DNA from: Eledone cirrhosa
Lineage: Eukaryota
Direction: 5' to 3'
Length of the DNA stretch: 64,000 bases
Assembly (NCBI GenBank): GCA_964016885.1
Contig: OZ024740.1
Span: forward strand, 91,016,001-91,080,000
Shown here: piece after piece, positions 45,517 through 58,324 of the stretch
How the letters are laid out: every line of letters starts with the position of its first letter
Numbering within the stretch: the first letter of the stretch is position 1
The notes under the pieces: model-generated
What the model was told of the DNA's origin: nothing
Seen by the model: the letters and a program-made list of their open reading frames with translations, nothing else
The model's database searches: none
Translations under genes and position numbers: made by a program

Positions 45517-45718
45517 GGTGTGTGTGTGTGTGTGTAGGAGGTGAGTTTCATTGTAGCACAATAAAGCAATGCAAGTGTTTTTTAAGATTCAAAACATGTC
45601 TCCCTATTTTATCTGAAGAGAACGCAAATATCATCCCGTGATGATATTTGTTTTTGAAAAGCGCATAATAAAATAGATGGAACTCTTTTAACCATCTTTT
45701 GATTTTATACTATATATA

Positions 45719-45900
45719 TGGAGTGTGGCAGAGTGGTTAGAGAATTGGATTCGCAATCGTGAGGTTGTGAGTTCGATTCTTAGACCAGGCGATGCGTTAT
45801 GTCCTTGAGAAAGACACTTTATTTCACGTTTCACCTTCTACCTGGAGTTGCAACCGATAGATAGTATTAGCAATTGGAAAGACCAATGGAAACATTGTTT
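45719..45900 (+). mobile_element. tRNA-derived CORE-type SINE
   Basis: gtggcagagtggttagag...gagttcgattc head followed by the gtccttgagaaagacactt core. Confidence 0.7.
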
Positions 45901-46059
45901 TCTCGGTCCGATTTGACGAAAGTCGATCGTTTAAAATATATTTATATATATAATATTATTATTTGTTTTGTATATATGTTTTTATGCGTCGTGGGTGTGT
46001 ATGGGAATATGCGGGTATTTGTAGGAGTGTATATGGTATTGTGTGTGTGTGTGTGTGTA

Positions 46060-46106
46060 TGTGTGTCTGTGTGTGTACAAGGACCCCTGTAGAGAGAGGG
46101 CTTGTT

Positions 46107-46144
<38 letters not shown>

Positions 46145-46815
46145 TGTTTACGAGCCAGTGCGTATCTGTGCGTGTATATTTATATGGGTACATGTGTATA
46201 TATGTGTGCTTGCGTGGGTGGAGGAGGTTGGGGTACGCATACATGTATGTACGTGTTTGTGTGTACGTGTATACATACGCGTATGCATGTGTATGAGCTT
46301 GTGTGTGTGCGTGTTTATGTAGATAGGCCTGTGGGCTTGTGTATGTGTATATACGTGTCTCTCCGGATGAATGCATGCGAATGTTTATAAGTTTATATGT
46401 TCTCCTTAATGTGTGGGTATAGCGGGAGTCTATGCGTACGGCTGTCGGTACCTATGTGGTTGTGTGTGTGTATGTGTGTGGGTGTTAGTGCGCGCGTGAA
46501 TATGTGGACTACCAAACACAGCAGTAATTCATTGAAGCGTAGCATAAATGCGACAGCGAAATAATACCTGTAGTCAGTTTTTATGATGACGTAGTCACCC
46601 AGTGGCCAATCACTGGACGCGCGAATAGGATGAAGTGTTTGACAGTACTGGCCCACAGGGTCAGATACCCCAGTGGAAGAATATGCTCCGAAATCATTAG
46701 ACGCGTCCGTCGAACCTGCGGGTCCAGAATCCACAATGATCGCGTCTTGAGCTGTCCGCCGGCGAAACAATTGTAACACAATACATTGAGTTCAGATGCA
46801 TCACTGATTTTTCGT
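46060..46815 (+). repeat. Unclassified GC-richer repeat, copy 2
   Basis: Inverted homologue of 40468-41013. Confidence 0.75.
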
Positions 46816-46900
46816 TTTATATTATATCATACTCTGCTCTGTAAGATCATAGAGTGCTCAACCGGCATACCGCCTATGGATGCATCTTAGCTACCATCTG

Positions 46901-46985
<85 letters not shown>

Positions 46986-47099
46986 ATAAAGGTAACGAAG
47001 ATCGCTGTCATAAATTCAGCGTCCTCCGGCCAAAGTCTACCTCCCTCAATGAATCTGGCAAATTGCAGAAGTGCAGCTTCAATCAACTGTTCAGAGTAT

Positions 47100-48240
47100 A
47101 CGCGTTTAGTTAACAGTAGATACGTTGGCCGTTTTTAGGTAGAGATACATGGAGACACATATATATATATCAATATATATATATATATCAATATATATAT
47201 ATATATCAATATATATATATATATCAATATACATTATTTAGGCAGATACGTAGATATATACACATAATATTATATGGAAAGGTACCCATGAATTCGAGAG
47301 TACGCGGATGCAGGAAAATACCAACGCAGAGATACGTACAATAATTATATTTTCACACGGGCAGTTGATGAACTACACTTCAACTGATTTGTGAGAGTCC
47401 AGGTGCCTATCATGGCATACCGTTGCGTAACCGAGATGAGTTGTGGATTTAAATAGATAGGTATAAATTGGGTGTGGATGACAGAATATAAGTATGCACT
47501 TAATTTAGGCATGTGAATAGATAGGTAAATATAGAGGTAAAAAGTGATTGTGTAAAAGTGAGGGTAAAGTTGTTGTATCAACGGGAAAAGCACCTGCAAA
47601 ATCATAAACTTTTGGCAGCTGTGCAGGTAGTTCTATTCTTGTGTCCAGTTGGGTAGATGGGAGTCTGCTTACATAGTGGCGCAAAGAGGCATGTAAGTTC
47701 CAACTAAGATTATCCAATGTTCTGAGTGATAAATGATTCAAATTGGTGGTTAATTTATATTAATTATTTGTTAAATTATTTGCTAAATTATTGTAAAATT
47801 GACGTAACTAATTGCGTATTCCGCAGTATGCCTATATGAGTTTGTGCACAGATTATGTCACACCGGAAGAGGGTGTAGTATCCTCAGTAGGCCAGTTCCA
47901 ATATTAGAGCAGCCATGACAGAATATGTTTCATTACTTTTGTGTAAATTATAATTATTAATTAATTCGCTATTTGTTATGTAGTCCGCCCTGGCTATTTC
48001 TAGTAAACAAACGCAGTAATGGACTAGCGTATAATCCTATAATTTAATGAGCTCAAATTCCTTTAATCCGTTATTTTACTTGATATATGCTCCTTGCGTT
48101 TTTTGCTGTTCAGCACTATAAATTGAATGGGTATAAGCTGCCATTATAGCCGCTTGTTCCATACCACTAGTAACTGCCTCACGCTGGTGTTTTTAAATCC
48201 TGTAAATAAAACACACTCCCCTTTGTTTTTTCTCAATATA
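47100..48240 (-). mobile_element. Probable non-coding PLE-derived element with a degenerate HHR (47830-47892)
   Basis: gccta-CTGAGGA-...-CAAA-ctca-TA-taggc on the minus strand; 48040-48240 recurs inverted at 52727-52930; left boundary uncertain. Confidence 0.45.
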
Positions 48241-48242
48241 TA

Positions 48243-49190
48243 TTATAATAATGATAATAATAAGGAAATTTTTGTGTAAAGTGCTCAGGTGCACTACAAC
48301 TCGTCAAAGGTGTATGTATAGTACATAGAATAATACTGGGAAGTACATGTGCGTATGTGTTAGCTGTAGTGTTGGCGGATCTCGGGAAGCATGGAGGCCT
48401 TAAACGATGCAGTGTTTCGACAGCTAACAACTGATGCAGGTAGTTTGTTCCATGCTTCAGCAACTCTAAGCGTGAAAAAATGTTTCCGAAAGTCATGGGA
48501 ACTGTGCTGTTTTCTTACTTTGTGGGCATGTCCACGTGTGTTAGCCACATGGAAATAAAAAAAGTACTCAGGGTTGTTGTTGGCAACATGGTTAACAATT
48601 TTGTGGGTATTTACCAAGTCAGTTGCCAGGCGTCAGAGCTTCAACGAATCCATGCCCAGGGAAGCAAGGCGCTCAGAGTATGGTAGATGCCTGATGGAGG
48701 GTATTCGCTTGGTTGCATGTCTCTGAACAGTTTCCAGGCGGTCAATGTCCTGAGCAAGATAGGGGTTCCAGACTGGTGATGCAAATTCTAAGTGTGGTCG
48801 CACCATAGCTGTATACATCCTTAAATATATATCTGGAGAGCGGCTGACAAAGGTCTTGCTGAGTGATGCTAAGACAATCTCGGCCCTCTTGAAAATTTTA
48901 GAGACGTGCCTCGTCCAACGCAAATCGCTGGTGACCGTAATGCCCAGGTCACGTTCACAGGAAGACTTCTTGATATTAGTGCAGTGGATGGAGTATGTGG
49001 ACGCTGGGTTTGTAATCCCAAAATGCATGGTGGTGCACTTGTCCACAGCTAGCTTGAGTTGCCAGTCTGAGATCCATTGTTGCATTGTGTCCAGCTCAGA
49101 CTGCAAGCAAGATCTATAGTGTTCAGGATTTGTCCTGCTTGATGTCGTCTGCGTACTTTAGTACTGTGGCATTCCTTAAGTTGGCATCTA
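48243..49190 (-). mobile_element. CR1-clade LINE 3' portion
   Basis: [51 protein letters not shown]; (ATT)n tail. Confidence 0.9.
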
Positions 49191-49211
49191 TGTTATATAC
49201 ATATATATACA

Positions 49212-49620
<409 letters not shown>

Positions 49621-49660
49621 AATTAATAAATACAAAGTAACAGTTCCATATATTAAAAAA

Positions 49661-49800
49661 ATCATCATTTTACGATCGTTTCTAGGATATATATGTGTGT
49701 GTTGGTATGTATATCATATAGATCTATGTAGACATTTTACAAACTATCAGAGGGAATACACATACCTACACATATATATGCTGTCTTCAGAAATAATGAT
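49661..49800 (-). ncRNA. Hammerhead ribozyme with a ~100-nt stem II (isolated pLTR fragment)
   Basis: atcattattt-CTGAAGA-...-GAAA-cgatcg-TA-aaatgatgat; homologous to 53817-53957. Confidence 0.75.
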
Positions 49801-49801
49801 A

Positions 49802-49864
<63 letters not shown>

Positions 49865-49867
<3 letters not shown>

Positions 49868-51797
49868 TTATAATTGGGGAGGGTCATATTTGTATAACGT
49901 TGCCAGAATTAATAACAGAACACACTCACAGAAATTGAAAGATCAACGAGAAGATCTCCACCCAAAATGAGGGAGCAGCCATCGGCGTCAGCATAGATGG
50001 TGATGTTGCCAAACTTTTCATAGTATGGTGGGAAAGGAGACTTAAAGATCTCCTTAATTAGAGCTCCATAGACCTCATCATGTACTCTCGTTATGTAGAC
50101 GATATCAATATAGTTATAAGAACACCCCCACTAGAGAGCACTAACAAGTTTGATTTAGAACGTAACACGATGGAAAGCATCCAGCAGATAGCTAGTTCGA
50201 TACACCAGAGTATAACTGTAACTATCGACTTCCCTTCCAAACACCCTAACAATAGACTATCTGTATTAGACACAGAACTCTGAATTAACACTATAGACGA
50301 GAGAGTCCAAATTCTCCACTCACACTATGCGAAGCCCATGGCCTCCAAATACCTGATACTCAAAAACTCAGCAATATCCAGTAGTGCTAAGTTTAATATT
50401 CTGATCGCAGATTTGGTAAGAGTGATGAAGAATGTGTCCCGTTTGTGCGACCCAACCAAAATGGAAAGACACATCCAACACTTCATCAACCGCATGCAGT
50501 TCTCTGGCTACAACCAACGAGACAGAGTCAGCGTATACGAAGGAGCCATAGAGAAGTATAAGACCCTCATAGAACTGGACATGAAAGGAAGTTGCCCATT
50601 ATACAGGAGCAAATCATGGAATAGCTTAGATAAGGCTAGACATACGATAGGGAAAGCCACCTCATGGTACGACAACCAGATATACCAGAGTGTCATGTTT
50701 GTGGACGCCACCTCTGGAGGGAAATTAGCTAACCAGTGTAGAAAGGCCCTGAGAAAGACCCACTTAAAAATAAAGGTGGTAGAAAAGCCAGGAACCACCA
50801 TAAAATCCTTGATCAGCAAAACCTACCCTTTTAAGAAAACCCACTGTACCAATAGGAAATGTATCATATGTAAGGTGAACCCCCGGATAAACTGTAAAAC
50901 TAGAAACGTAGTCTATAGCATAAGATGTACAGAGGGTACTTGCAGAAACATGACAACAACATACATAGGTGAGACAGCTCGTAGCATAGGTGAAAGGATA
51001 GACCAACACTGGCGGGAACTAAAAGGACGAAAAAACGGGTCAGTACTATACGAACACGCTAGAAAACAACATGACGGTAACATAGACAACATAGAAATTT
51101 GAATAATATCTAAACATAGAAATGACACAGCAGATAGGCAAATCAGAGAGGCCAGTGAAATAGAAATTAGAAGACCAAGACTAAACAGAAAGAATTAATG
51201 TAATAACAACAACAACACTCAAACAAACAACACTGACCTAAGAGAAGTATAAATAAGTAAATAGGGTATAATAGGTTAATAAATAAATACATACACAAGC
51301 ACAATAACAACAGGCACATAAACACACACTAGTCACCCATCACACAGCAAGCAAAACACTATACACACACGCAAACGCATGCGCAAAGAAGACAAAATAA
51401 AATAAACAAACAAGCAAATAAATAAATAAATATATAGACAGACTGAATAAAAATGGCGTAGACATACAATACAACAGGAGGAAAATATAACACCACTGAC
51501 GATGTTGCAGATGTGCAACGAAACATTTATGATAAACTATATATATGTGTTTGTGTCTATATTGTATTTGTATTATTTTTGACCGTCGATCAGTCAATGG
51601 CAACATTGAGGACCGAGTAAGTTAGATTACCGATATGAAAGACACAGAAGCGAGAAGCGAAAACCAACAAAACAGAGAGTGTGTTCTGTTATTAATTCTG
51701 GCAATATTACACAAATATGACCCTCCCCAAGTATAACAATATTTGTTTCGACACACGATTTCATATAAAAAACCTCGCAACACTAATTCATCGCCAC
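49865..51797 (+). mobile_element. Second Naiad-like PLE family, 5'-truncated, with a short inverted pLTR
   Basis: YSRYVDD, VLDTEL, CKTRNVVYSIRC, YIGETARS; 49865-49928 is inverted relative to 51677-51740; 3' end similar to the 30-35 kb family. Confidence 0.9.
51491..51534 (+). ncRNA. Minimal hammerhead ribozyme in the pLTR, slightly eroded
   Basis: acca-CTGACGA-t-gttgca(gatg)tgcaac-GAAA-catt-TA-tgat; same relative position as 34933-34979. Confidence 0.7.
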
Positions 51798-51809
51798 TAT
51801 ATATATATG

Positions 51810-51862
<53 letters not shown>

Positions 51863-52496
51863 TTTGAGTTTATGTTGGTTGTATTCTCTCTTTATTTATT
51901 TACTTTCTGTTATCTTCATTTATTGCCTTATATTTCTTCATATACATGGAAGCGCCCCCCCCCCCCCACACACACACCACTACCACTACGATGGTGGAAG
52001 GAGGGATGAAGAAAAAACACAAACTGGATACTTCTAAATTGTTAGCAGCAGCAAGATATAAGCTGACCACTACACCAACAACACTATAAATGTTAGAGGT
52101 CAAAGGTACTGAACAATAGCAGGCAAAAACACTACAGGGAGCCTCACACCAGAAATAATTATATAGACTTTTGACTGAGGAATGCTCTCAGAACTGACCA
52201 ATGGGAAGTTTGACACCTTTTTTGTTATTTTGTTCCTTTAACACCTTGTCCCTTCTACCATTTTATCAATGTTTAAGCTAACTCCAACTATAACAACACT
52301 TACAATGAGGAATGTACTAATAACTGACAAATGAGAGGAGAAGGGGACCTTTGACACTGAAATTCGTTTGTTTGAATTCATATGACTCCAGTTCCTCAGT
52401 CAATTAACAACCCAACAAGGAACTGGGCATATCAGAGTATTGACAATATTATACACCTAAACAACATATGTACTTGTCTATACCATACTAATTCAA

Positions 52497-52553
52497 ACTG
52501 CCTGAAGAGGTCACAGCCAAAGATGGTTGTCACTGAAATATATATATAGCAGT
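52497..52553 (+). ncRNA. Type I hammerhead ribozyme at the end of a probable PLE 3' remnant (~51990-52600)
   Basis: actgc-CTGAAGA-ggtcacagcca(aaga)tggttgtcact-GAAA-tatatata-TA-gcagt. Confidence 0.75.
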
Positions 52554-52597
52554 AATATACGAAGCTAAATTTTAATTGTTTGACTTTTATTTGACTT

Positions 52598-52643
<46 letters not shown>

Positions 52644-52654
52644 ATATATATATA

Positions 52655-52707
<53 letters not shown>

Positions 52708-52726
52708 TGTATATTTCTATATATAA

Positions 52727-52924
52727 TATATTGAGAAACACACTGGGGAGTGTGTTTTATTTACAGGATTTAAAACCACCACCGTGAGGCAGTTACTAGT
52801 GGTATGGATAGAACAACCAACTATAAATGGCAGCTTATACCCATTCAATTTATAGTGCTCAACAGCAAAAAACGCAAGGAGCATATATCGAGTAAAATAA
52901 CGGATTAAAGGAATTTGAGCTCAT

Positions 52925-52930
<6 letters not shown>
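52727..52930 (+). repeat. Fragment inverted relative to 48040-48240
   Basis: Alignment by eye; embedded in (TA)n. Confidence 0.75.
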
Positions 52931-52981
<51 letters not shown>

Positions 52982-53130
52982 CGCCGTTGTGGCGTATTTA
53001 TTTACTGTTTCTTCATAGATGCCTTTTATTCTTATAGCCTGGTCTAATTCGGTTGTTGTGTGGTTAATTATACTGTAGAGATGATGTATATATATTATCA
53101 AATAATTCTCTGGACATGCTTTACTCTATA

Positions 53131-53192
<62 letters not shown>

Positions 53193-53195
<3 letters not shown>

Positions 53196-53744
53196 TGTAT
53201 GTATATATATACATACTAGTGTACGTCTATATACATATATGTATGTACGTGTACATACTTATATTTAAGTAACAGCCGTACTAAGTGTGGGAAATGAAAT
53301 TTCGTTTCATTTTTTCCGTTTATCGTTTTCGGTGCACCCGGCCGATTATCCCACTCGATATGCAAATTGGGCTACTCAGCCTTTAATATGCCTAAGGTAA
53401 GTATATACGTTCAACAATTTGGCTGGAAGGTATATGTTGCTGACGATAGCTAATAAGCTTGAAACTAGTACAGCGTTCCTTTGTCAGTGTTGAACAAACG
53501 AGCAACGATGGTTGCTAGACACTACGGCTTAATTCGGTATGTGTGTTTACAATCACACCGAACATTATAATAAATGTTCGGTGAATCCATAGGTGCATTT
53601 ATATATGTGTGCATGTATGTATATATATATATACATACTACTGTACGTCTGTATACATATATGTATGTACATGTACATACTTATATTTAAGTAACAGTCG
53701 TACTAAGAGTGGAAAATGAAATTTCGTTTCATTTTATCCGTTTA
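53193..53744 (+). mobile_element. ORF-less partial tandem (~417-nt unit) with a central hammerhead; retrozyme-like
   Basis: 53193-53322 is repeated at 53610-53744; related pieces at 8340-8410 and 17835-19265; in (TA)n. Confidence 0.75.
53434..53476 (+). ncRNA. Minimal type I hammerhead ribozyme
   Basis: atgttg-CTGACGA-t-agct(aata)agct-t-GAAA-ctag-TA-cagcgt; palindromic stem III ACTAGT, GUA cleavage triplet. Confidence 0.8.
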
Positions 53745-53757
53745 TATATATATATAT

Positions 53758-55452
53758 AAATTAATAAAAACAATGTAATAAAAACAAAGAACAGGTTCCT
53801 TGTATTAAAAAAAATTATCATTTTACGATCGTTTCTGGCATATATATGTGTATGTTGGTATGTATATCATATTAAAGATCTATGCGAAAACAAATATTAC
53901 AAATTATCAGAGGAGATATACATACCTTCACATATATATGCCATCTTCAGAAATGATGAAGTATGTTTATTGAAAGAAAGTATTAATAAATACAAAATGT
54001 ATGTTTAGGAACAGGTTTCGAATTGACCAATAGAAAAGTCAGAGGTCAAGTTGATAGTATAACCGTAGTAAAAATGTTATGCTAGGAGTGGAGGACTGTA
54101 AATATATGCTCCCCCCCCCCCAGCAAAAATGGATGTTATTAAAGAATGTTTTTAAAAGCATCAGGAAAAGAATGTTATGTGGGATGCGAGTGTTAGTGAG
54201 AAATACTACACCTGTTTAAATTTTAAGGAACCTAGATACATAAAAGGAAATTAAATTAATTGATAGGTATACTTACAGAGTTAAACTTATATTAATTCTT
54301 ATAGATGTGATAAATAAAGAAGTAAAAGAAATAAAATTAAAAACATATTTATATATATAGATAGACTGAAATAGATAACATTTTATAAAAAGTAATGTAT
54401 CTATATAAACAACCGTAATATTAAAGATATTAATTATATTTACTAATCCTACGTATTGAGTGTGATAGATAGGGGATGCGGTTAAAAGAAGTAGTGAGGT
54501 TAAAGATAAATTAAGGTAAAGTGAGCTGCAAGAGGGAAATACAATTATGAAATTCTTTGTAGTAAATATTTAATTATAGGTAAACTAAATGAAACAAAAT
54601 TATAATAATTTGTAAAATATAAGAGTGAGGTATATATTAATTAAATTTATAATATATGAAGGTTTTTTCTAATTCTATGATAGTATGATATAATTAATTA
54701 TTGTCGCTTATTTAATAGGATATCATTAGATTTCATGATTTCAAATAGTTCTTGGGAGCATAACCTATACTCCTAACTACTATTTTGATAAGGAGTGGCA
54801 CGCTCCAGGTCAGGTTATAATCAATATCCTTCTTTCAATAATTAGTAATTGCTTCAGTCAAGGAGGTTGTATTAGCTAATGCGGCATTTTGAAAACATAA
54901 CTAACAAAATTTCTAGTAATCAGACTAAAACATCAATTAATCTAACTAAACCAGATACATCATATAAATATAAGAAACAATGCCGAAACTGTAATAGACA
55001 TGTATAAGCATATAAGAATATAAGAAACAATGCCGACTCTAATAGATATGTATGCCTAAAAGATTATTTGCTATCCTAGATAAAAATTTCCCACCAAACC
55101 ATAAATACCATCAAATTTTAAATAGATCTACTCTCAAATGTTCCTACTGCACTAACAAGAATATACAACATAATATAAGTGCGGACAACACATATAATTG
55201 TAAATAAACCATAAATATACCACCAACACATCAAACCAACCATAATAATACAAAAGTAAACCTAAACAAACCGCCTTCTTCTTCACCTATAATAGGACCC
55301 GTAAACTCCACACCAACTTTGACTAATAATCTCCAAAACAAACAGAGTTCTACTATCTCCACAACACCTAAACTATCACCAACCAACAACGTGTCTAACC
55401 ATAATATAAGGAATCTGTTCTTTGTTTTTATTTCATTGTTTTTTATTAATTT
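53758..55452 (-). mobile_element. Degraded PLE with inverted termini
   Basis: 53758-53806 is inverted at 55405-55452; minus-strand RLCSQELFEIMKSNDILLNKRQ (GIY-YIG C-terminus) at ~54690-54790. Confidence 0.65.
53817..53957 (-). ncRNA. Intact type I hammerhead ribozyme with an extended stem II
   Basis: Perfect 7-bp stem I atcattt/aaatgat; CTGAAGA; stem II tggcatatatatgtg/cacatatatatgcca plus ggtatgtatatc/gatatacatacc; GAAA; palindromic stem III ACGATCGT; GUA. Confidence 0.88.
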
Positions 55453-55886
55453 ATCTTGACACTGTATTCGTATGATTGTTATCGTTAAATGTTGAAGTCA
55501 TTCTCTCTTTTCATGATGTCTTCTATATTTGGATTGCATTGAGTTCTTTATACGGATTGGACACCAGCGTTTATTTTCGTAGATTTATCTACCTATATAT
55601 ATACATATGAATGTATATATAATGTATTTTGCAATACACTTTATGCTTAATTAAAAGCATTTTGAAGACCGTATGCTATTGTTTTAGAGTAGTGACAAAC
55701 TCACTTACTTTAATCTCAGCAAACAAGGGGAGATAAGCCGACAATGCCTTGTTTCGCATTTATTGATGCTTATCAAGGCTAACTACTCCCTCCTGTCTAC
55801 TGAGATCACTGATGTTATATTCTTATAGAATTCTAGTAAATAATTAGGAACTGATTATACAGAGCGGTTGCCGGTCAGGCAGAAAT

Positions 55887-55969
<83 letters not shown>

Positions 55970-55970
<1 letters not shown>

Positions 55971-56780
55971 TCCTCAGTGTATACTGATTAATGTTCAGAG
56001 CCATCCTCAGCATTCTCGTGTAGCACCCATCCACCATCTGAGTGAGTTTCTTGGTTAGTGTCCAAGTCGCAGCCCCATACAGCAGCACACACTCCACTAC
56101 AGAAATGAAGAGGCGGATGTTCAGGTCTCTACGAAGGTCCGCCTTCCACACCGATCTCAAGCTGTGGCACACCGCCCAGGCCTTGCACTTCCTCTCAACC
56201 ACATCATCTTCCGTATTCCCAATCTTTGCTCCCAAATACAGGAAGTCCTCAACCAATTCCAGCGGCTTCCCGCCTACATTAATGATCCCCTCTAGCTTCT
56301 CAACATTCTCTACCAGATATTTTTGTTTTAGTCTCATTCATTCTCAGCCCCACACTCATCGATACAGTCTCAACCCCCCGCATCAAATCCTCTGCCTCCT
56401 TCACTGTATTTGTCACCAAAACTATGTCGTCGGAAAATTCAGCAACCGATACTTCTGAACATTAATCAGTATACACTCAGGATGAAAAACTCAGAGCTGT
56501 ATGGGACCATCCCAAAGGTCAGCTCAAAAGTGACACAGAGGAGACTGAGATTAGCTGGACATGCTCACCGACATCCAGAGTTGACATTGCACTCAGTGCT
56601 CCAATGGGAGCCCCTACATGGACACACTAGAAGAGGAATACCAAGGTTAACGTATGTTGATGCCCTAAGGTAAGACACTAGTCTGTTGGAGACGCAGGAC
56701 ATGGCAGCGATAATGAGGGACAGAGACCGTTGGAGAGATATCGTCCATGGATCTCGGGAATTTTACCCGCCTTAGATAGA
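55970..56780 (+). mobile_element. RTE-type LINE 3' portion with an inverted 5' segment
   Basis: 55970-56454 on minus encodes DDIVL..FLYLG..VLLYGAATWTLT..RMLRMALNI; 56455-56780 on plus continues LNINQYTLR..RRLRLAGH..RDRDRWR. Confidence 0.85.
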
Positions 56781-56809
56781 TATGTATATATATATATATA
56801 CATATATAT

Positions 56810-57003
56810 ATTACGAAGGATTTGTGGCAAGGAACCAAATGGACCATAACGGACCAGATTACTCAATACTTAGGGTAGTAGAATCGGTAACAGGAAGAAG
56901 TATGACCCCAACGGCAGAGCTCAAGCTGTTTAGACGGCTATTTCTGGACCAGAAATAGCCGTCGAAACGGCTTGAGCTCTGCCGTCGGGGTCACACTTGT
57001 TCC

Positions 57004-57006
<3 letters not shown>
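56810..57006 (-). mobile_element. Fold-back half-hammerhead mini element, copy D
   Basis: Reverse-oriented homologue of copies A and C. Confidence 0.8.
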
Positions 57007-57038
<32 letters not shown>

Positions 57039-57692
57039 TTCCTGATGACGGAATGATTTTCTATATGTTTCTTCGGAAAATATATTTACTCCATTCCAGA
57101 AACTAATTAGTTGGAAGTGATTTTTTAGTAAGTAAGTTAATTTTATAATTTTCTTATTTTACGTCTATCATATTATTGTTCTGCAACCCCATGCATTGAA
57201 CCACATTGTTAATAAGACAAAACCTATATATTTGCTAGCATTGATATGCATCTGTGTGTATATAAATGTTACTAGATATTAATTCCTTATAATTATCTCC
57301 AATTCATTTGTCGAGCAATATTTGGCCATGACTGCTACTATGGTAGTAAGCTGGCCGCTGTCTTAATAACCACTCGCTTTCCACTGATTGACCTCGATGT
57401 CACGTGATTGATTCTTTTTGAATGTGCCACAGACGTAGAGGCAGTGATTTTCTCAATGGCTTGGAATCCAGTCCACACTTCGCTATTTCCATTCCACTGA
57501 ATTATATTTTTAATAAGTTTCCAGTGTCCTCGCTATGCCTGGAGACCTATACGGAAAAAGACTTTCCTGATGACGGAATTATTTTTTATATGTTTCTTCG
57601 GAAAATATATTTACTCCATTCCAGAAACTAATTAGTTGGAAGTGATTTTTTAGTAAGTAAGTTAATTTTATAATTTTCTTATTTTACGTCTC
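57039..57692 (+). mobile_element. ORF-less partial tandem (525-nt unit) bounded by two hammerheads; retrozyme-like
   Basis: 57039-57167 is repeated at 57564-57692; CTGATGA at 57042 and 57567; (TA)n on both sides. Confidence 0.8.
57561..57643 (+). ncRNA. Type I hammerhead ribozyme (a second copy at 57039-57118 has a truncated stem I)
   Basis: actttc-CTGATGA-cggaat...attcca-GAAA-ctaattag-TT-ggaagt; palindromic stem III. Confidence 0.75.
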
Positions 57693-57719
57693 TCAAATAT
57701 ATATATATATATATATATA

Positions 57720-58324
57720 TGGTGGCTGCCAACTCGTTTTCAAGTACGGCCACTACTTTATAGCCATGCAGGAGAACGCCCATCGATGCGCTGAACGAGC
57801 GTGACTTTTTAGTCCAGCCAGCGACTTGAAAACTCTGGTACAAACACTATACTTGTGACAATTATTGATACACAGAGCTGGGCCCCTGGTACCATGTGAC
57901 GACAAGTGCAGAGAGATCTCCAGATATAAAGCAATGCCTGTGCAGTGAAGCTTTTATAGTGAGTAAAGGCACTGCACAAAGCCAGTCCCACTCTTTTAAC
58001 CAATATGATATTTACCAAAAAGAAGAAGTCAACATCACTGGATACTATAAGGGTTGCAGGTGTTATATCAGGATTTTCCTTCTCCTTGAATTCTGCCTTG
58101 ACAATGGCTAAGGGGTCATCTCTCCCGGTGATTGTGCATGGCCATTGACTCTTAATAGCTCATTTGCCCTTTGAGCTGTTTTGTTTTTTGTCCTGCAGGA
58201 TGTCGAAAGTCACCCTCCTCACCAAGCAAACTTGGTGGGGTTGCCAGTTTAGTCGCCAACAAACCCGACCACGAGACAGGTTGTACTGGGATGCATGTTA
58301 CCAGTAGCACCAACTGGTGACCTG

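Noticed and set aside
45719-45800. tRNA gene
   Set aside because: tRNA-like head continues into a SINE core; no complete cloverleaf.
50278-50286. In-frame TGA in a Naiad-like ORF as possible selenocysteine recoding (known in some Naiads)
   Set aside because: It aligns with Trp (LDTELW) in the sister family, not Cys; other stops are TAA/TAG; no SECIS-like helix could be paired in the 3' UTR.
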